64,000 bases of DNA. It comes from a bacterium. GTDB lineage: Bacteria > Patescibacteriota > Patescibacteriia > Magasanikbacterales > GWA2-37-8. The stretch is taken from contig JBDROJ010000019.1 in NCBI GenBank assembly GCA_043810165.1, forward strand, positions 17,524 to 81,523. The letters are read 5' to 3'. A program made the position numbers and the translations under genes. Positions within the stretch are counted from its first letter, which is position 1, and every line of letters begins with the position of its first letter. Shown here in pieces: positions 38,598-47,521 of this stretch. The notes below the pieces were generated by a model, which saw only the letters and a list, made by a program, of their open reading frames with translations, had not been told where the DNA came from and ran no database searches.

Positions 38598-39830
38598 TTA
38601 ATTTTCAGATGATACCGTTTTCCAATCTATCAGGTATAACTTCGATTCATCAAACCTCGGTTCTCTGGGCTTATTAACTTTTGTATCCCAAGGTATAACG
38701 AAATTTCTTGATTCTTGATCATCATGAGTAATGCCCTTGGCTACACACAGATCCTTTATCCTCTGCATCTCTTCGGTAGGACTAAATCCAAAAAAATCTT
38801 CCTCAACTACGGACAACATTTTGCCACCTGTATTACGACTTTCTAGCCTGAAATCTTCACTAAAAGAATCAATCAATTTTTTATATTTATTCTTAAACGC
38901 TTCGCGCTTATCCTTGCCTATGACAGCTTGTATAAGTAAGTTATTGGTAAAATCTTGCCAATTATCAAATCCCAATGTTACAGAACATTGATTGGCCAAG
39001 TCCTCACCGTTTCCAACATGACTGATCACCTCATCAGTACTATCAATACGCTCCTTCATAATTTTTACTTGATTAATCCCAACAACCAAGCCCTTCATAT
39101 GACTAAACAACAAACTCTTTTTAACATTCACACTGTTATCAAGCCATAATTGGTACATATGATCTTTTACCTGTTCAGACAAACAAGTCAAATCATCAAT
39201 ATCAGCTTTAACAGTTTTTTCGCTATGCGATGAAGCAATAAAACTAATATCATCTAAACTAACAATGTTTAAAGATTTATACATCTCATCGTAAGCAGAT
39301 TGCAAATTTATACCTTCGACATGTTGAAAAAAAGCATAGTGATTACCCCAATGTTCAACTTCGCCTAAAACTTTTGGTGTAGGTATGCCGGCTTCATATG
39401 CTTGCCTAGAACGATTTACCTCTCCTTGGCCACGCTCTTCATCTAACCTCTTTACTAATACGAATTTCTTTTTTTCATCTTTATCTACTAATTCTACTTC
39501 TCTGACCTTTGAAGTATCATAATGAACAACGGTAACTAATTCTGACATTTTTCCTTTCTCGGGCAATTTACCTTTAGCGTCTTCACCGCGATAAATATAT
39601 GGTTGGTTTTCAATCCATTCAGTAGGATTATCAAAAAAACTCTGAGGCATTAAATCTGAAATTTCTTGATCTAATTCAATCCTGGTAGGAGCATCCTTTT
39701 CTGATTTATGAAAAACAAAATCTTCATCCAAAGCACAAAGCGAAAAATCTTCTCCTTCTGTCAAATCATCTTCGCCTCCACGAGAAGCCATAATATCTTT
39801 AAATATTTGGTACAAATGTTCTTTATCCAT
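38598..39830 (-). CDS. Protein-kinase-like / phosphotransferase-fold hypothetical protein
   Basis: VLVKR, GIPTPKVLG, HDDQESRNF, LYLIDW (subdomain II, VIb and VII-like) with a long insert. Confidence 0.55.
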   Translation of the reverse strand: MDKEHLYQIFKDIMASRGGEDDLTEGEDFSLCALDEDFVFHKSEKDAPTRIELDQEISDLMPQSFFDNPTEWIENQPYIYRGEDAKGKLPEKGKMSELVTVVHYDTSKVREVELVDKDEKKKFVLVKRLDEERGQGEVNRSRQAYEAGIPTPKVLGEVEHWGNHYAFFQHVEGINLQSAYDEMYKSLNIVSLDDISFIASSHSEKTVKADIDDLTCLSEQVKDHMYQLWLDNSVNVKKSLLFSHMKGLVVGINQVKIMKERIDSTDEVISHVGNGEDLANQCSVTLGFDNWQDFTNNLLIQAVIGKDKREAFKNKYKKLIDSFSEDFRLESRNTGGKMLSVVEEDFFGFSPTEEMQRIKDLCVAKGITHDDQESRNFVIPWDTKVNKPREPRFDESKLYLIDWKTVSSEN

Positions 39831-39853
39831 AAAAATACAATTATAATAATTTT

Positions 39854-40858
39854 TTAACAATCGCCAAAAACACCCTCACAGCTACTTATACAAGATTCAT
39901 ACTTATTAGGACTACAAACCGTATTGTAATCTTGCCAACATGATTCATCGCAACCTGCCTCCATACCACAGCCATAAAATATATTATATTTATAACAACC
40001 ACCTCGACATTGTAATAATTGATACATTTTATTAGATGAATACCCATTGCATTTCTCTATAATATCTTTACCACAATTTATTTTACATATATATAATTTT
40101 GAACAAGAGTTACCACTGCCTCCTTGAGGGTTAGTCACTTGAGTTGAACCATCTTCACTCATACCTGGCTTACCTCCACCTTGTGTTGGTATATCTTTAA
40201 TCTGCAGTAAAGATTCTTCGTCTGAGAGAGGTGGCTTGTTCAAAAAATCTACTCTTTTATTTGATTCTGTGCTAGTCTGTAATTCTAATTTTTCTATCTT
40301 TTTGTCCAAGCTATCTTGCTCAGATTTTAATATATTCAATACGGCCTCTTGTTTTGAATCAGAAATTTGATCAACCAAGTCTAAATATTTCTTTTTTTCG
40401 TTGGTTAATTTTAGCTTGAGACGTTGTTTAGATGCCTGTGGAGCCTTATTAAATAATTCTACCAACATTTTCTGATGGTCCTGGTTCTTCTTGACTAATT
40501 TAATTAGTAATTCATCTGACTTGATATCCTTGTCAGGGAACTTTTTAATTTTTAATAAAACTCGATCTATTTCTTTGTCATAATCGCCAGTGACTTTCTC
40601 GGCTATTTCGGTTTTGCCTTTTTTATTCAATGAGTCAATCTCGGCCAATCGTTCTTCGGCTAATTCAATATGCCTTTCTGCCTTAGATTTACCAAAAGTA
40701 AAAAAAGTTCTAACACTCTCTCCAACTCGATCCAAAAAATACCATGGACTATCTGGTAGCATGCCCGGTTTTACTCTTGTATTTGTTTGCGCCAAGGCAG
40801 AAGTACAAAACAATAACAATGTTGCGAAAATTAGACCTAGTATTATCTTTTTAAACAT
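39854..40858 (-). CDS. Secreted DUF5667-like protein with Cys-rich C-terminus
   Basis: Signal peptide, PGMLPDSPWYFLDRVGE...AEERLAE, Cys-rich C-terminal domain. Confidence 0.7.
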   Translation of the reverse strand: MFKKIILGLIFATLLLFCTSALAQTNTRVKPGMLPDSPWYFLDRVGESVRTFFTFGKSKAERHIELAEERLAEIDSLNKKGKTEIAEKVTGDYDKEIDRVLLKIKKFPDKDIKSDELLIKLVKKNQDHQKMLVELFNKAPQASKQRLKLKLTNEKKKYLDLVDQISDSKQEAVLNILKSEQDSLDKKIEKLELQTSTESNKRVDFLNKPPLSDEESLLQIKDIPTQGGGKPGMSEDGSTQVTNPQGGSGNSCSKLYICKINCGKDIIEKCNGYSSNKMYQLLQCRGGCYKYNIFYGCGMEAGCDESCWQDYNTVCSPNKYESCISSCEGVFGDC

Positions 40859-40864
40859 AAAACT

Positions 40865-41494
40865 TTATTTAAATTCTAACATTTTTTGATAAAGACTATT
40901 AATTTTTTTGATCACTTCTTGGTCATTCATAATTTCTTCGCTTTTCTCTATAACCTTATCTACAACCTCTTTATTACCTGCTTCTAATTCAAACCACAGC
41001 TGTCTAATATCTTCTAATCCTATCTTTTTTTTACCGGCATACACTCCTTGGATGGTCTTGTTAAAACGTTTAATTGATTCAACCGACTCACCGCATGGGT
41101 TCTCCAAATAATTAAGCATGGGCAAATACGGCTGGATGTCAAAATGACCAAATAATTCTATATCCAATACACCCAGTATGGCTTGTCTAGTAAACCAATA
41201 TCCACTGCCAACTTTAGTTGAATTAGCATCAATAGACAACTCGTTCAAATTTTTTTTCATGATTCGATTGAAATTTCTATCACACAAAAAATGGACAGCC
41301 CAACCTTTTTTAAAATCAGTATCAGCAAACTCTGGTGACAGGGTGTTGTCATTGTGAGTTAAGTGTCTACCAACTCCAGTAAAACGCCGGCTATCTGGAT
41401 AAACTGCGCCAGAAATATACTTAGTTAGATCCTGAACTCGATACTGGTCTTTTTTGTCCAAAGCGAATTTTATATGAGTAGCTTGCAAAGGCAT
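40865..41494 (-). CDS. Hypothetical protein, zinc-dependent phospholipase C-like motifs
   Basis: THI.FA, GAVYPD, TH, GWAVHFLCD. Confidence 0.55.
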   Translation of the reverse strand: MPLQATHIKFALDKKDQYRVQDLTKYISGAVYPDSRRFTGVGRHLTHNDNTLSPEFADTDFKKGWAVHFLCDRNFNRIMKKNLNELSIDANSTKVGSGYWFTRQAILGVLDIELFGHFDIQPYLPMLNYLENPCGESVESIKRFNKTIQGVYAGKKKIGLEDIRQLWFELEAGNKEVVDKVIEKSEEIMNDQEVIKKINSLYQKMLEFK

Positions 41495-41616
41495 GACAGT
41501 AAATTATGTCTTCTACAATTCTAACATGTGATAGAAAAAAAATCCATCCGGCTAATCTTAAACAAGTAATTATTGACTTTTTCATCTTTATATGATAACT
41601 TTCTAATTAATCTGAT

Positions 41617-41688
41617 GCCCCTGTAGTGAAATGGATATCACAACGGTCTTCGGAACCGTTGTTGGGGGTTCGAATCCTCCCGGGGGCA
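41617..41688 (+). tRNA. tRNA-Arg (anticodon TCG)
   Basis: GCCCCTG...CGGGGGCA; arm ACGGT-CTTCGGA-ACCGT; GTTCGAATC. Confidence 0.92.
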
Positions 41689-41708
41689 CATTTTTTTAAA
41701 TTACCACT

Positions 41709-41963
41709 ATGATTTGGCAAGACATCGCAATTAGTATTGCTGGCGTTGTATTCGCTCTGGCTTTAATACCACAAGTATATTGTGGATTCAAAGAAAAAAG
41801 CGGGCCAATAAAATTACAGACTTCAATACCAACTTTTGTCGGAATATTTATTATAGTCATTGCCTACATTACTCTAACTTTATATCTCTCAGCTTTTATT
41901 TCTTTTCTTACTGGCATACTTTGGTTCTTATTATTCGTACAAAGAATAATTTACAAAAAATAA
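41709..41963 (+). CDS. PQ-loop / SemiSWEET-like 3-TM protein
   Basis: 84 aa, three TM helices, LIPQV after TM1. Confidence 0.65.
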   Translation: MIWQDIAISIAGVVFALALIPQVYCGFKEKSGPIKLQTSIPTFVGIFIIVIAYITLTLYLSAFISFLTGILWFLLFVQRIIYKK

Positions 41964-42245
41964 AAAAGTAATTAATAAAACATCGTGGTATTTATCGCGA
42001 TGTTTTTGATTTTAAAAAAATATTTTTGTCACAACAAACTAAAACTGTGCATAACTTTGCTTGACGCTATTCTCTTTTTGTTAAAAAAGTTTTATAATAT
42101 AGGCAGGTCGAAAAGATTTTTTACATACATGCTTGTCATGTAAAAAGTTTACCAAACAAAAATTTTTCGCCGCGGCGGGAAAAAATTTTTTTATATTCTA
42201 ATAAGTCCTTCTTCTAAAAGGACAGATGGAAGGGAGGTGTATACT

Positions 42246-42392
42246 ATGCCAGCTAAAAAGAAAGTAGCTAAGAAAAAAGTTGCTAAAAAGAAAGTAGCTA
42301 AGAAAAAAGTTGCTAAAAAGAAAGTAGCTAAGAAAAAAGTTGCTAAAAAGAAAGTAGCTAAGAAAAAAGTTGCTAAAAAGAAGAAGAAATAA
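42246..42392 (+). CDS. 48-aa histone H1/Hc2-like basic protein MPAKKK(VAKKK)8KK
   Basis: Manual translation; SD GGGAGGTG upstream; terminator 42407-42436; below the ORF-track length cutoff. Confidence 0.85.
   Translation: MPAKKKVAKKKVAKKKVAKKKVAKKKVAKKKVAKKKVAKKKVAKKKKK
42252..42380 (+). repeat. 30-bp tandem repeat (gctaaaaagaaagtagctaagaaaaaagtt) x4.3, coding
   Basis: Direct reading; the unit is two synonymous-variant 15-mers. Confidence 0.92.
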
Positions 42393-42406
42393 GCTAATAT
42401 AAGCTA

Positions 42407-42436
42407 AAAAATCCCTCTGTTTAGAGGGATTTTTTT
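42407..42436. terminator. Bidirectional intrinsic terminator
   Basis: aaaaatccctct-gttt-agagggattttttt. Confidence 0.8.
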
Positions 42437-42440
42437 ATGG

Positions 42441-43706
42441 CTAAATCAATCTGTTTTGCTGTGGTTTGTTAGTGCCATCCGGCAAAACATCTACCTTACC
42501 AAACTCACCATCATAACCTGGACTGACTTTTACTGCACCAGAGCGCATATTTTTTATGGCTAACCAAATATTTTTGTCACTGACATATTTTTTGATTTCT
42601 TTTTCGGTTGCAGATATTAAGATATGGAATTCATTGCCTATATTTTCGATCATTTGCTGGTATTCTTTTTCTACTTTCTTACTCTTTGGGCCAACAGTAA
42701 AAACGCGACCAATCACTTCACGCAAAGGAACAATGTATCGGTGCGGTATAAACTTTTCTTTTTTTATTTGTTCTTCGTCTCTGTCAGCCAATTCATCAAT
42801 TCGGTGCAAAACTCCAACTGTTAATTTCTTTTTACACTTAGGACAAAGATATTTTTCTTTTTTAGTTTGTTTTGGTTTAAAACAAATTTTACAATCACGA
42901 TGACCATCGTGGTGATACTTTCCTTCTTCTGGATAAAATTCAATTGTATATAAAAATTTTTCTTTGTCACCAGTTTCAATAATTTTTTTAATTTCTTGAT
43001 AAGTAATTTCTTTTTCACTGGCAAAAGCAAAAACATTAGCTTCCCTACCTAGATTATACAAACTATGTGCATCTGAATTTGAAATCAAAGTTATGTTATC
43101 TAGAGAACTTAAACAGTGATTCATTGTTGGATCGCTGGATAAACCAGTCTCAATGGCTTTAATATGTGGGGTTAATTCTTCAAAACATTCTTCTAAACTA
43201 TCGTAGCCAGATTTAGAACCAAAAATAGCAAACCAAGGCGTCCAAGCATGGGCTGGAATCATCATCATATCCTTGTCTATTTCCAAAATAATTTCTAATA
43301 TCTGCTTACCACTCAAACCCATAATAGGACGGCCATCTGATCTGATATTCACTCCTCTATCTTCCAATTCTTTATTGAACTTCTCCACCGCCTTGATATT
43401 TGGAGCCAAAAGCATGAGATGTAAACGTCTGCAAGAATCTTTATGCTTGTAAATACAAGAAATTTCAGTCCCTAAAATAAACCTGGTCTCACTACTATCA
43501 TCTTTTAATTTAAAAATGCCTTGATTCTCTTCTACCAAACTATCTTTAATATGCTCAAACCAATCCGGATGAGTAAAATCAGATGTAGATACTATATCTA
43601 TACCTTTGACCTCACAGGCTTTAGCAATTTTAGGCAACTCCAAATCTTTGGAACAAGAACGGGAATATTTAGAATGTATGTGTAAGTCTACTATTTTTTG
43701 AATCAT
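42441..43706 (-). CDS. Endonuclease Q-family PHP-domain protein
   Basis: DLHIHSKYS, DFTHP, PAHAWTPW, ETGLSSD, SNSDAHS, GKYH.DGH, C4 zinc, PGYDGEFG. Confidence 0.88.
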   Translation of the reverse strand: MIQKIVDLHIHSKYSRSCSKDLELPKIAKACEVKGIDIVSTSDFTHPDWFEHIKDSLVEENQGIFKLKDDSSETRFILGTEISCIYKHKDSCRRLHLMLLAPNIKAVEKFNKELEDRGVNIRSDGRPIMGLSGKQILEIILEIDKDMMMIPAHAWTPWFAIFGSKSGYDSLEECFEELTPHIKAIETGLSSDPTMNHCLSSLDNITLISNSDAHSLYNLGREANVFAFASEKEITYQEIKKIIETGDKEKFLYTIEFYPEEGKYHHDGHRDCKICFKPKQTKKEKYLCPKCKKKLTVGVLHRIDELADRDEEQIKKEKFIPHRYIVPLREVIGRVFTVGPKSKKVEKEYQQMIENIGNEFHILISATEKEIKKYVSDKNIWLAIKNMRSGAVKVSPGYDGEFGKVDVLPDGTNKPQQNRLI

Positions 43707-43710
43707 AATA

Positions 43711-44451
43711 TTATATTTTCCTCTCCTCTGGCCCGGTATATTCAGCTTCTGCTGTACTTAAACGACGTAAACCGTCTTTACTGTTCATCTCTTCGTAGAT
43801 ATGAGCTACCAAACCGGGCACGCGACCAATAATGAAAAATCCTTTGGCCATACGCCAATCAAAACCCATATCAGACATGACTGCACCCATAGCACCATCG
43901 ATATTAAGAGGTAGTCTTTTGGACAAAACCTGATTTAATTCTTTGTGTACTTTTTCAGCTAATTGACAATGTTTGCTATAAATACCAGTTTCTTTGGCTA
44001 CTTCAAACAGAGCTTGGCTACGTGGATCATGTTCTAAAATTTTATGACCATAACCTGGAATACGAATTTTCTGTTGTTTTAATTGCTTGATCAAACCAGC
44101 CACATCCGATTTGGCAACATTTTCTTGAAAAAATTTGGCCGCACCTTCAATAGCACTACCATGTAGTTTACCCATAGACAAGATACCAGCAGCCAAAGCC
44201 GTATGCATGCTATTACCAGTAGAAACAACTGTACGTGCTGTCATGGCCGAAGAAACGCCAATACCATGATCAATAGCAGCTGTAAACAAAGCGTTCATCA
44301 TTCTAGTCTGGTTAGTATCAGGTAACTCACCTTTTAAAACCAAAAAAATAGTTTCTGCAAAACTTTTTTCATGGATCAGATCTTTGAGATCGTAACCACG
44401 AATGGTTTCTTTCCCATCACTTACATTACTAATCGATGTTTTCCATTGCAT
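43711..44451 (-). CDS. Citryl-CoA lyase (citrate-synthase-like domain of ATP-citrate lyase, stand-alone)
   Basis: WKTSIS...IRGYDL.DLI...SF, DHG...S, HG.AIEGAA, IPGYGH, LNIDG, GRVPGLVAH. Confidence 0.88.
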   Translation of the reverse strand: MQWKTSISNVSDGKETIRGYDLKDLIHEKSFAETIFLVLKGELPDTNQTRMMNALFTAAIDHGIGVSSAMTARTVVSTGNSMHTALAAGILSMGKLHGSAIEGAAKFFQENVAKSDVAGLIKQLKQQKIRIPGYGHKILEHDPRSQALFEVAKETGIYSKHCQLAEKVHKELNQVLSKRLPLNIDGAMGAVMSDMGFDWRMAKGFFIIGRVPGLVAHIYEEMNSKDGLRRLSTAEAEYTGPEERKI

Positions 44452-44462
44452 ATGGTTTTAAA

Positions 44463-45395
44463 TTATGAATAAGGTTTAGCTAGTTCAACTAAATGTTCGT
44501 ATGTATCGGCTATCATTACTCCTACTTCTGATAAAGCCTTTTCCTTTTCAGCCGCACCTTTACCCCGTTCTACAATCGCACCAGCATGACCGACATTCAT
44601 TCCCTCGGGTAAAACACCCGCAAACTTACCACCTATATATATGGCCAAAGGCTTGGTAAATTCTTGTTTATTTATCAAATCAACAATTTCAAACTCATAA
44701 CTACCACCGTGCTCTCCAAAAATCACTACCACTTTAGTTTGTTCATCTTTTTCAAACATTTTTAACAAGTCAGCGTAAGTAGTACCCATTAATAGATCTC
44801 CACCCACATGAACCACTGTACTTTGGCCTAGACCTGCTTTGCGAATCTGCCAAGCCAATTCATTAGTCATACCGCCGGAACGAGAAATTGCACCCACACT
44901 GCCTGGTTGGAATATTTCTTCAACCAACGGGCCACCCACTACCCCAACTCTGGCTTTGCCCGCTGAAATATACCCTAATGAACTTGGCCCTATAATACGA
45001 ATATCCTTTTCTTTGGCAGCTGCCAGACAATAAGCTGTGTCTTGAATAGGCACTCTTTCCGTCATGATATTTATAACAGAAATGTCATTTTCAATTGCTT
45101 CCATAATTGCCTGCTTGGTGGCAAAAGGAGGCACATAAATGGCGCTGGTGATATTGTGACGAGATTGCTTCGCTTCGCCTGCCTGCCGGACAGGCAGGCT
45201 CGCAATGACAGATAATACTTCGGCCACGGTATCAAAAACCGGCACGCCAAAAACTTGTTCACCGGCTTTGCCAGGGCGCACGCCACCTACCAATTTGGTG
45301 CCATAGTCAAGCATGGCTTGAGTGGCTCGCTGGCCTTCTTTGCCTGTTATACCTTGGATCAAAACTTTTGTATCTTGATTTATCAAAATACTCAT
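44463..45395 (-). CDS. CoA-binding/phospho-His subunit (SucD-like; ATP-citrate lyase alpha N-part / citryl-CoA synthetase small subunit)
   Basis: IQGITG, IIGPSSLG, ISRSGGMTNEL, GGD, GEHGG, GHAGA. The SGGMxNEL motif is ACL-like. Contains a palindrome-derived insertion. Confidence 0.85.
   Translation of the reverse strand: MSILINQDTKVLIQGITGKEGQRATQAMLDYGTKLVGGVRPGKAGEQVFGVPVFDTVAEVLSVIASLPVRQAGEAKQSRHNITSAIYVPPFATKQAIMEAIENDISVINIMTERVPIQDTAYCLAAAKEKDIRIIGPSSLGYISAGKARVGVVGGPLVEEIFQPGSVGAISRSGGMTNELAWQIRKAGLGQSTVVHVGGDLLMGTTYADLLKMFEKDEQTKVVVIFGEHGGSYEFEIVDLINKQEFTKPLAIYIGGKFAGVLPEGMNVGHAGAIVERGKGAAEKEKALSEVGVMIADTYEHLVELAKPYS
45156..45212. repeat. Half-copy of the palindromic element with a nested second palindrome, in-frame inside the CDS
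   Basis: gagattgcttcgcttcgc[ctgcctgccggacaggcaggc]tcgcaatgacaga; encodes SVIASLPVRQAGEAKQSR. Confidence 0.85.
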
Positions 45396-46033
45396 ACTTG
45401 TTTGGAAAATATTTGTTTATTTTTCTTAATTTTCTTCAAGTCCCAATTCCACCATTCTAATTTTACCAACTTGTTTTTAGTTTGTTCCGAAAAACGATCG
45501 CTGACTTTTTTGGCCGGCACACCAGCCCACACTTCATAAGGACCAATCTTGGTGTTTTGTTTCACTACTGAACCGGCTCCCACTACAGCGCCATTACTAA
45601 TCTCTGTTCCAGATAATATCACTGAATTAGCTCCAATCCAAACATCATTTCCTATTTTTACTTCAGTGCCTAGGTCTTTAAAATCCTTGTCCCCTATAAT
45701 ATGCCTAATCGGGTAAGTAGTAATTTTTTTAACATCATGATCGTTGGTAGAGACAATAAAAACACTCCTGGCTATTGAACAAAATTTACCGATACTAATG
45801 CCATGTTCAGATGAAGCAAATAGCTCGGTAGAATTATTGCAATATGAATAATCTCCGATACTTACCTTGCCAGTTATAGCGACATTTCTTAACAACTGCA
45901 CTCTCTTGCCAAATCTAACCAAGCCCTTTAAAAAATCTTTCTTACAAATATATACCGGCGGTTTTAACTTTATACTTGGATTTTTTATCCTAATATAATT
46001 GAGAATAAAAAACTGTTTGATTATTTCCCACAT
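45392..46033 (-). CDS. CatB/Vat-related hexapeptide-repeat O-acetyltransferase
   Basis: IGKFCSIA, H...ITTYP, IGNDVWIG, GVPAK...RF, WWNW. Confidence 0.9.
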   Translation of the reverse strand: MWEIIKQFFILNYIRIKNPSIKLKPPVYICKKDFLKGLVRFGKRVQLLRNVAITGKVSIGDYSYCNNSTELFASSEHGISIGKFCSIARSVFIVSTNDHDVKKITTYPIRHIIGDKDFKDLGTEVKIGNDVWIGANSVILSGTEISNGAVVGAGSVVKQNTKIGPYEVWAGVPAKKVSDRFSEQTKNKLVKLEWWNWDLKKIKKNKQIFSKQV

Positions 46034-46042
46034 ACTTTTTAT

Positions 46043-47188
46043 TTAATTATTAATCATCTGTGCCAATATTTGGGCTGTTTGACTCATGGATACTTCTTTG
46101 CCAAATAATTTTACTTGCAGACCATTACGCTTTGCGCAATCCTTCATTAACCGCATGCCTTGTTCTTCATTTGGCCCGGCCCGACGAACAACTATTGGAT
46201 AATTAGGCTTAACTTCATCCAGGGCATTAATAATCCCTTGAAAAGTTTCAGCCACATCAGTAAAATTAGCCACCCCACCAGCAATCCACAAACCTTTTAA
46301 ACCAGGTCTAGATAAAACAACCTTGGCTAATTGGCAAACCTTTTCTTTAGGAGGATTACCAGAATATTCAGTATAATTAGCTGGCTTTAATCCAACCTTG
46401 TACAAAGCATCCATATTGGCGATACTAGCACCTCCACCAGAAAACAAAACCGCTATATCTCCATCCATTTCAATGTATCTACTGGCCGTGCCACGATAAT
46501 AGTCTTTGCCTTGATCAATTTTCTTTACCACTATTTCGCGCTCGGTAAGTGACCGACCCATCATGGTGCGCGCTTCTAGATCATTCCAATCTTCATGTCT
46601 AAATATGGCGTCCTCATCCAAAGCAATTTTTGCATCAACTGCCAACCACTTTCCATCTTTTGTTTTTACCAGGGGGTTAATCTCTACCAAACGAGCGTCT
46701 TCCTCTATAAAACACCTCCATAATTCCTTGGCCAAAGGAATATCGATATCTATCACTTCTTTTCTTATATCCAGGTAGTATTTCTCTATCTCTTGATCTG
46801 GAACAACTTCAATATCAACCCCACCTTGCTGACTGTAAACCAAAACCGGTTGTTTTTTGTTGGTATCATAGGTAATAGACAGGTAATATTCTTCTGCAAT
46901 ATCTAATTTCTCTTCAATGCGTACTGCCGTCACATACTGGTTCCTCACTTGCATGTCAAATAATTCTTTACAAGCTTGTTTAACTTGTTGGGCTGAAGAA
47001 CAAGGTCTGATAGCATTATTTTTACCACGACCTCCGGATAATACTTGCGCCTTTACCATTACATTCTCAGTCTCTAATCCTTCGTATGCTTGTACATAAT
47101 CATCACCACGCCTAACAACCACACCTTTGGGTATGGATATACCATATTTATCAAAAATATTTTTCCCTTCAAACTCGTAGAGATTCAT
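46043..47188 (-). CDS. ATP-grasp subunit with citrate-binding domain (ATP-citrate lyase beta / citryl-CoA synthetase large subunit)
   Basis: KAQVLSGGRGK, EINPL, DAK. Citrate-site motifs SGGGAS, ANYTEYSG.P, AGGVANFT and RRAGPN are typical of AclB rather than SucC. Confidence 0.87.
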   Translation of the reverse strand: MNLYEFEGKNIFDKYGISIPKGVVVRRGDDYVQAYEGLETENVMVKAQVLSGGRGKNNAIRPCSSAQQVKQACKELFDMQVRNQYVTAVRIEEKLDIAEEYYLSITYDTNKKQPVLVYSQQGGVDIEVVPDQEIEKYYLDIRKEVIDIDIPLAKELWRCFIEEDARLVEINPLVKTKDGKWLAVDAKIALDEDAIFRHEDWNDLEARTMMGRSLTEREIVVKKIDQGKDYYRGTASRYIEMDGDIAVLFSGGGASIANMDALYKVGLKPANYTEYSGNPPKEKVCQLAKVVLSRPGLKGLWIAGGVANFTDVAETFQGIINALDEVKPNYPIVVRRAGPNEEQGMRLMKDCAKRNGLQVKLFGKEVSMSQTAQILAQMINN

Positions 47189-47194
47189 AATATC

Positions 47195-47521
47195 TTAAAA
47201 ATCCATTCTAAATTCCTTGCCCCAATCTTTAAAACCTAAACTCTCATACCATTGATGCACATGAGTTTTAAAATAACGGGTAGTGCCAATTAGTTTGTAA
47301 CAATCTCGGTCTTTGGCCTCTTGAATTACAGCTTTAACAAGCTCGGTGCCAACACCTTGCTTGCGGTAATCTTCCTCAACAAATACATATTCTAACAGTC
47401 CGTATGGCTGTTCACGCACATTATATATTAAATACAAAAAAGCATAGCCAGCGATTCTTTCTCCATCTTTGGCTAAAATTTTAATAGCCTTAGAAGCTTG
47501 TTCTTGTTTTTCTATTTGCAT
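47195..47521 (-). CDS. GNAT acetyltransferase, GNA1 (glucosamine-6-P N-acetyltransferase)-like
   Basis: GLLEYVFV.EDYRKQGVG..LV..V...A...DCYKL...WYESLGF; the CYK motif is recalled from GNA1. Confidence 0.75.
   Translation of the reverse strand: MQIEKQEQASKAIKILAKDGERIAGYAFLYLIYNVREQPYGLLEYVFVEEDYRKQGVGTELVKAVIQEAKDRDCYKLIGTTRYFKTHVHQWYESLGFKDWGKEFRMDF

Noticed and set aside
42252-42380. 30-bp repeats as CRISPR or non-coding VNTR
   Set aside because: No spacers; in-frame ORF with SD and terminator
45392-46033. Bona fide chloramphenicol/streptogramin resistance gene
   Set aside because: Only family-level hexapeptide motifs; embedded in a metabolic operon with no mobile context
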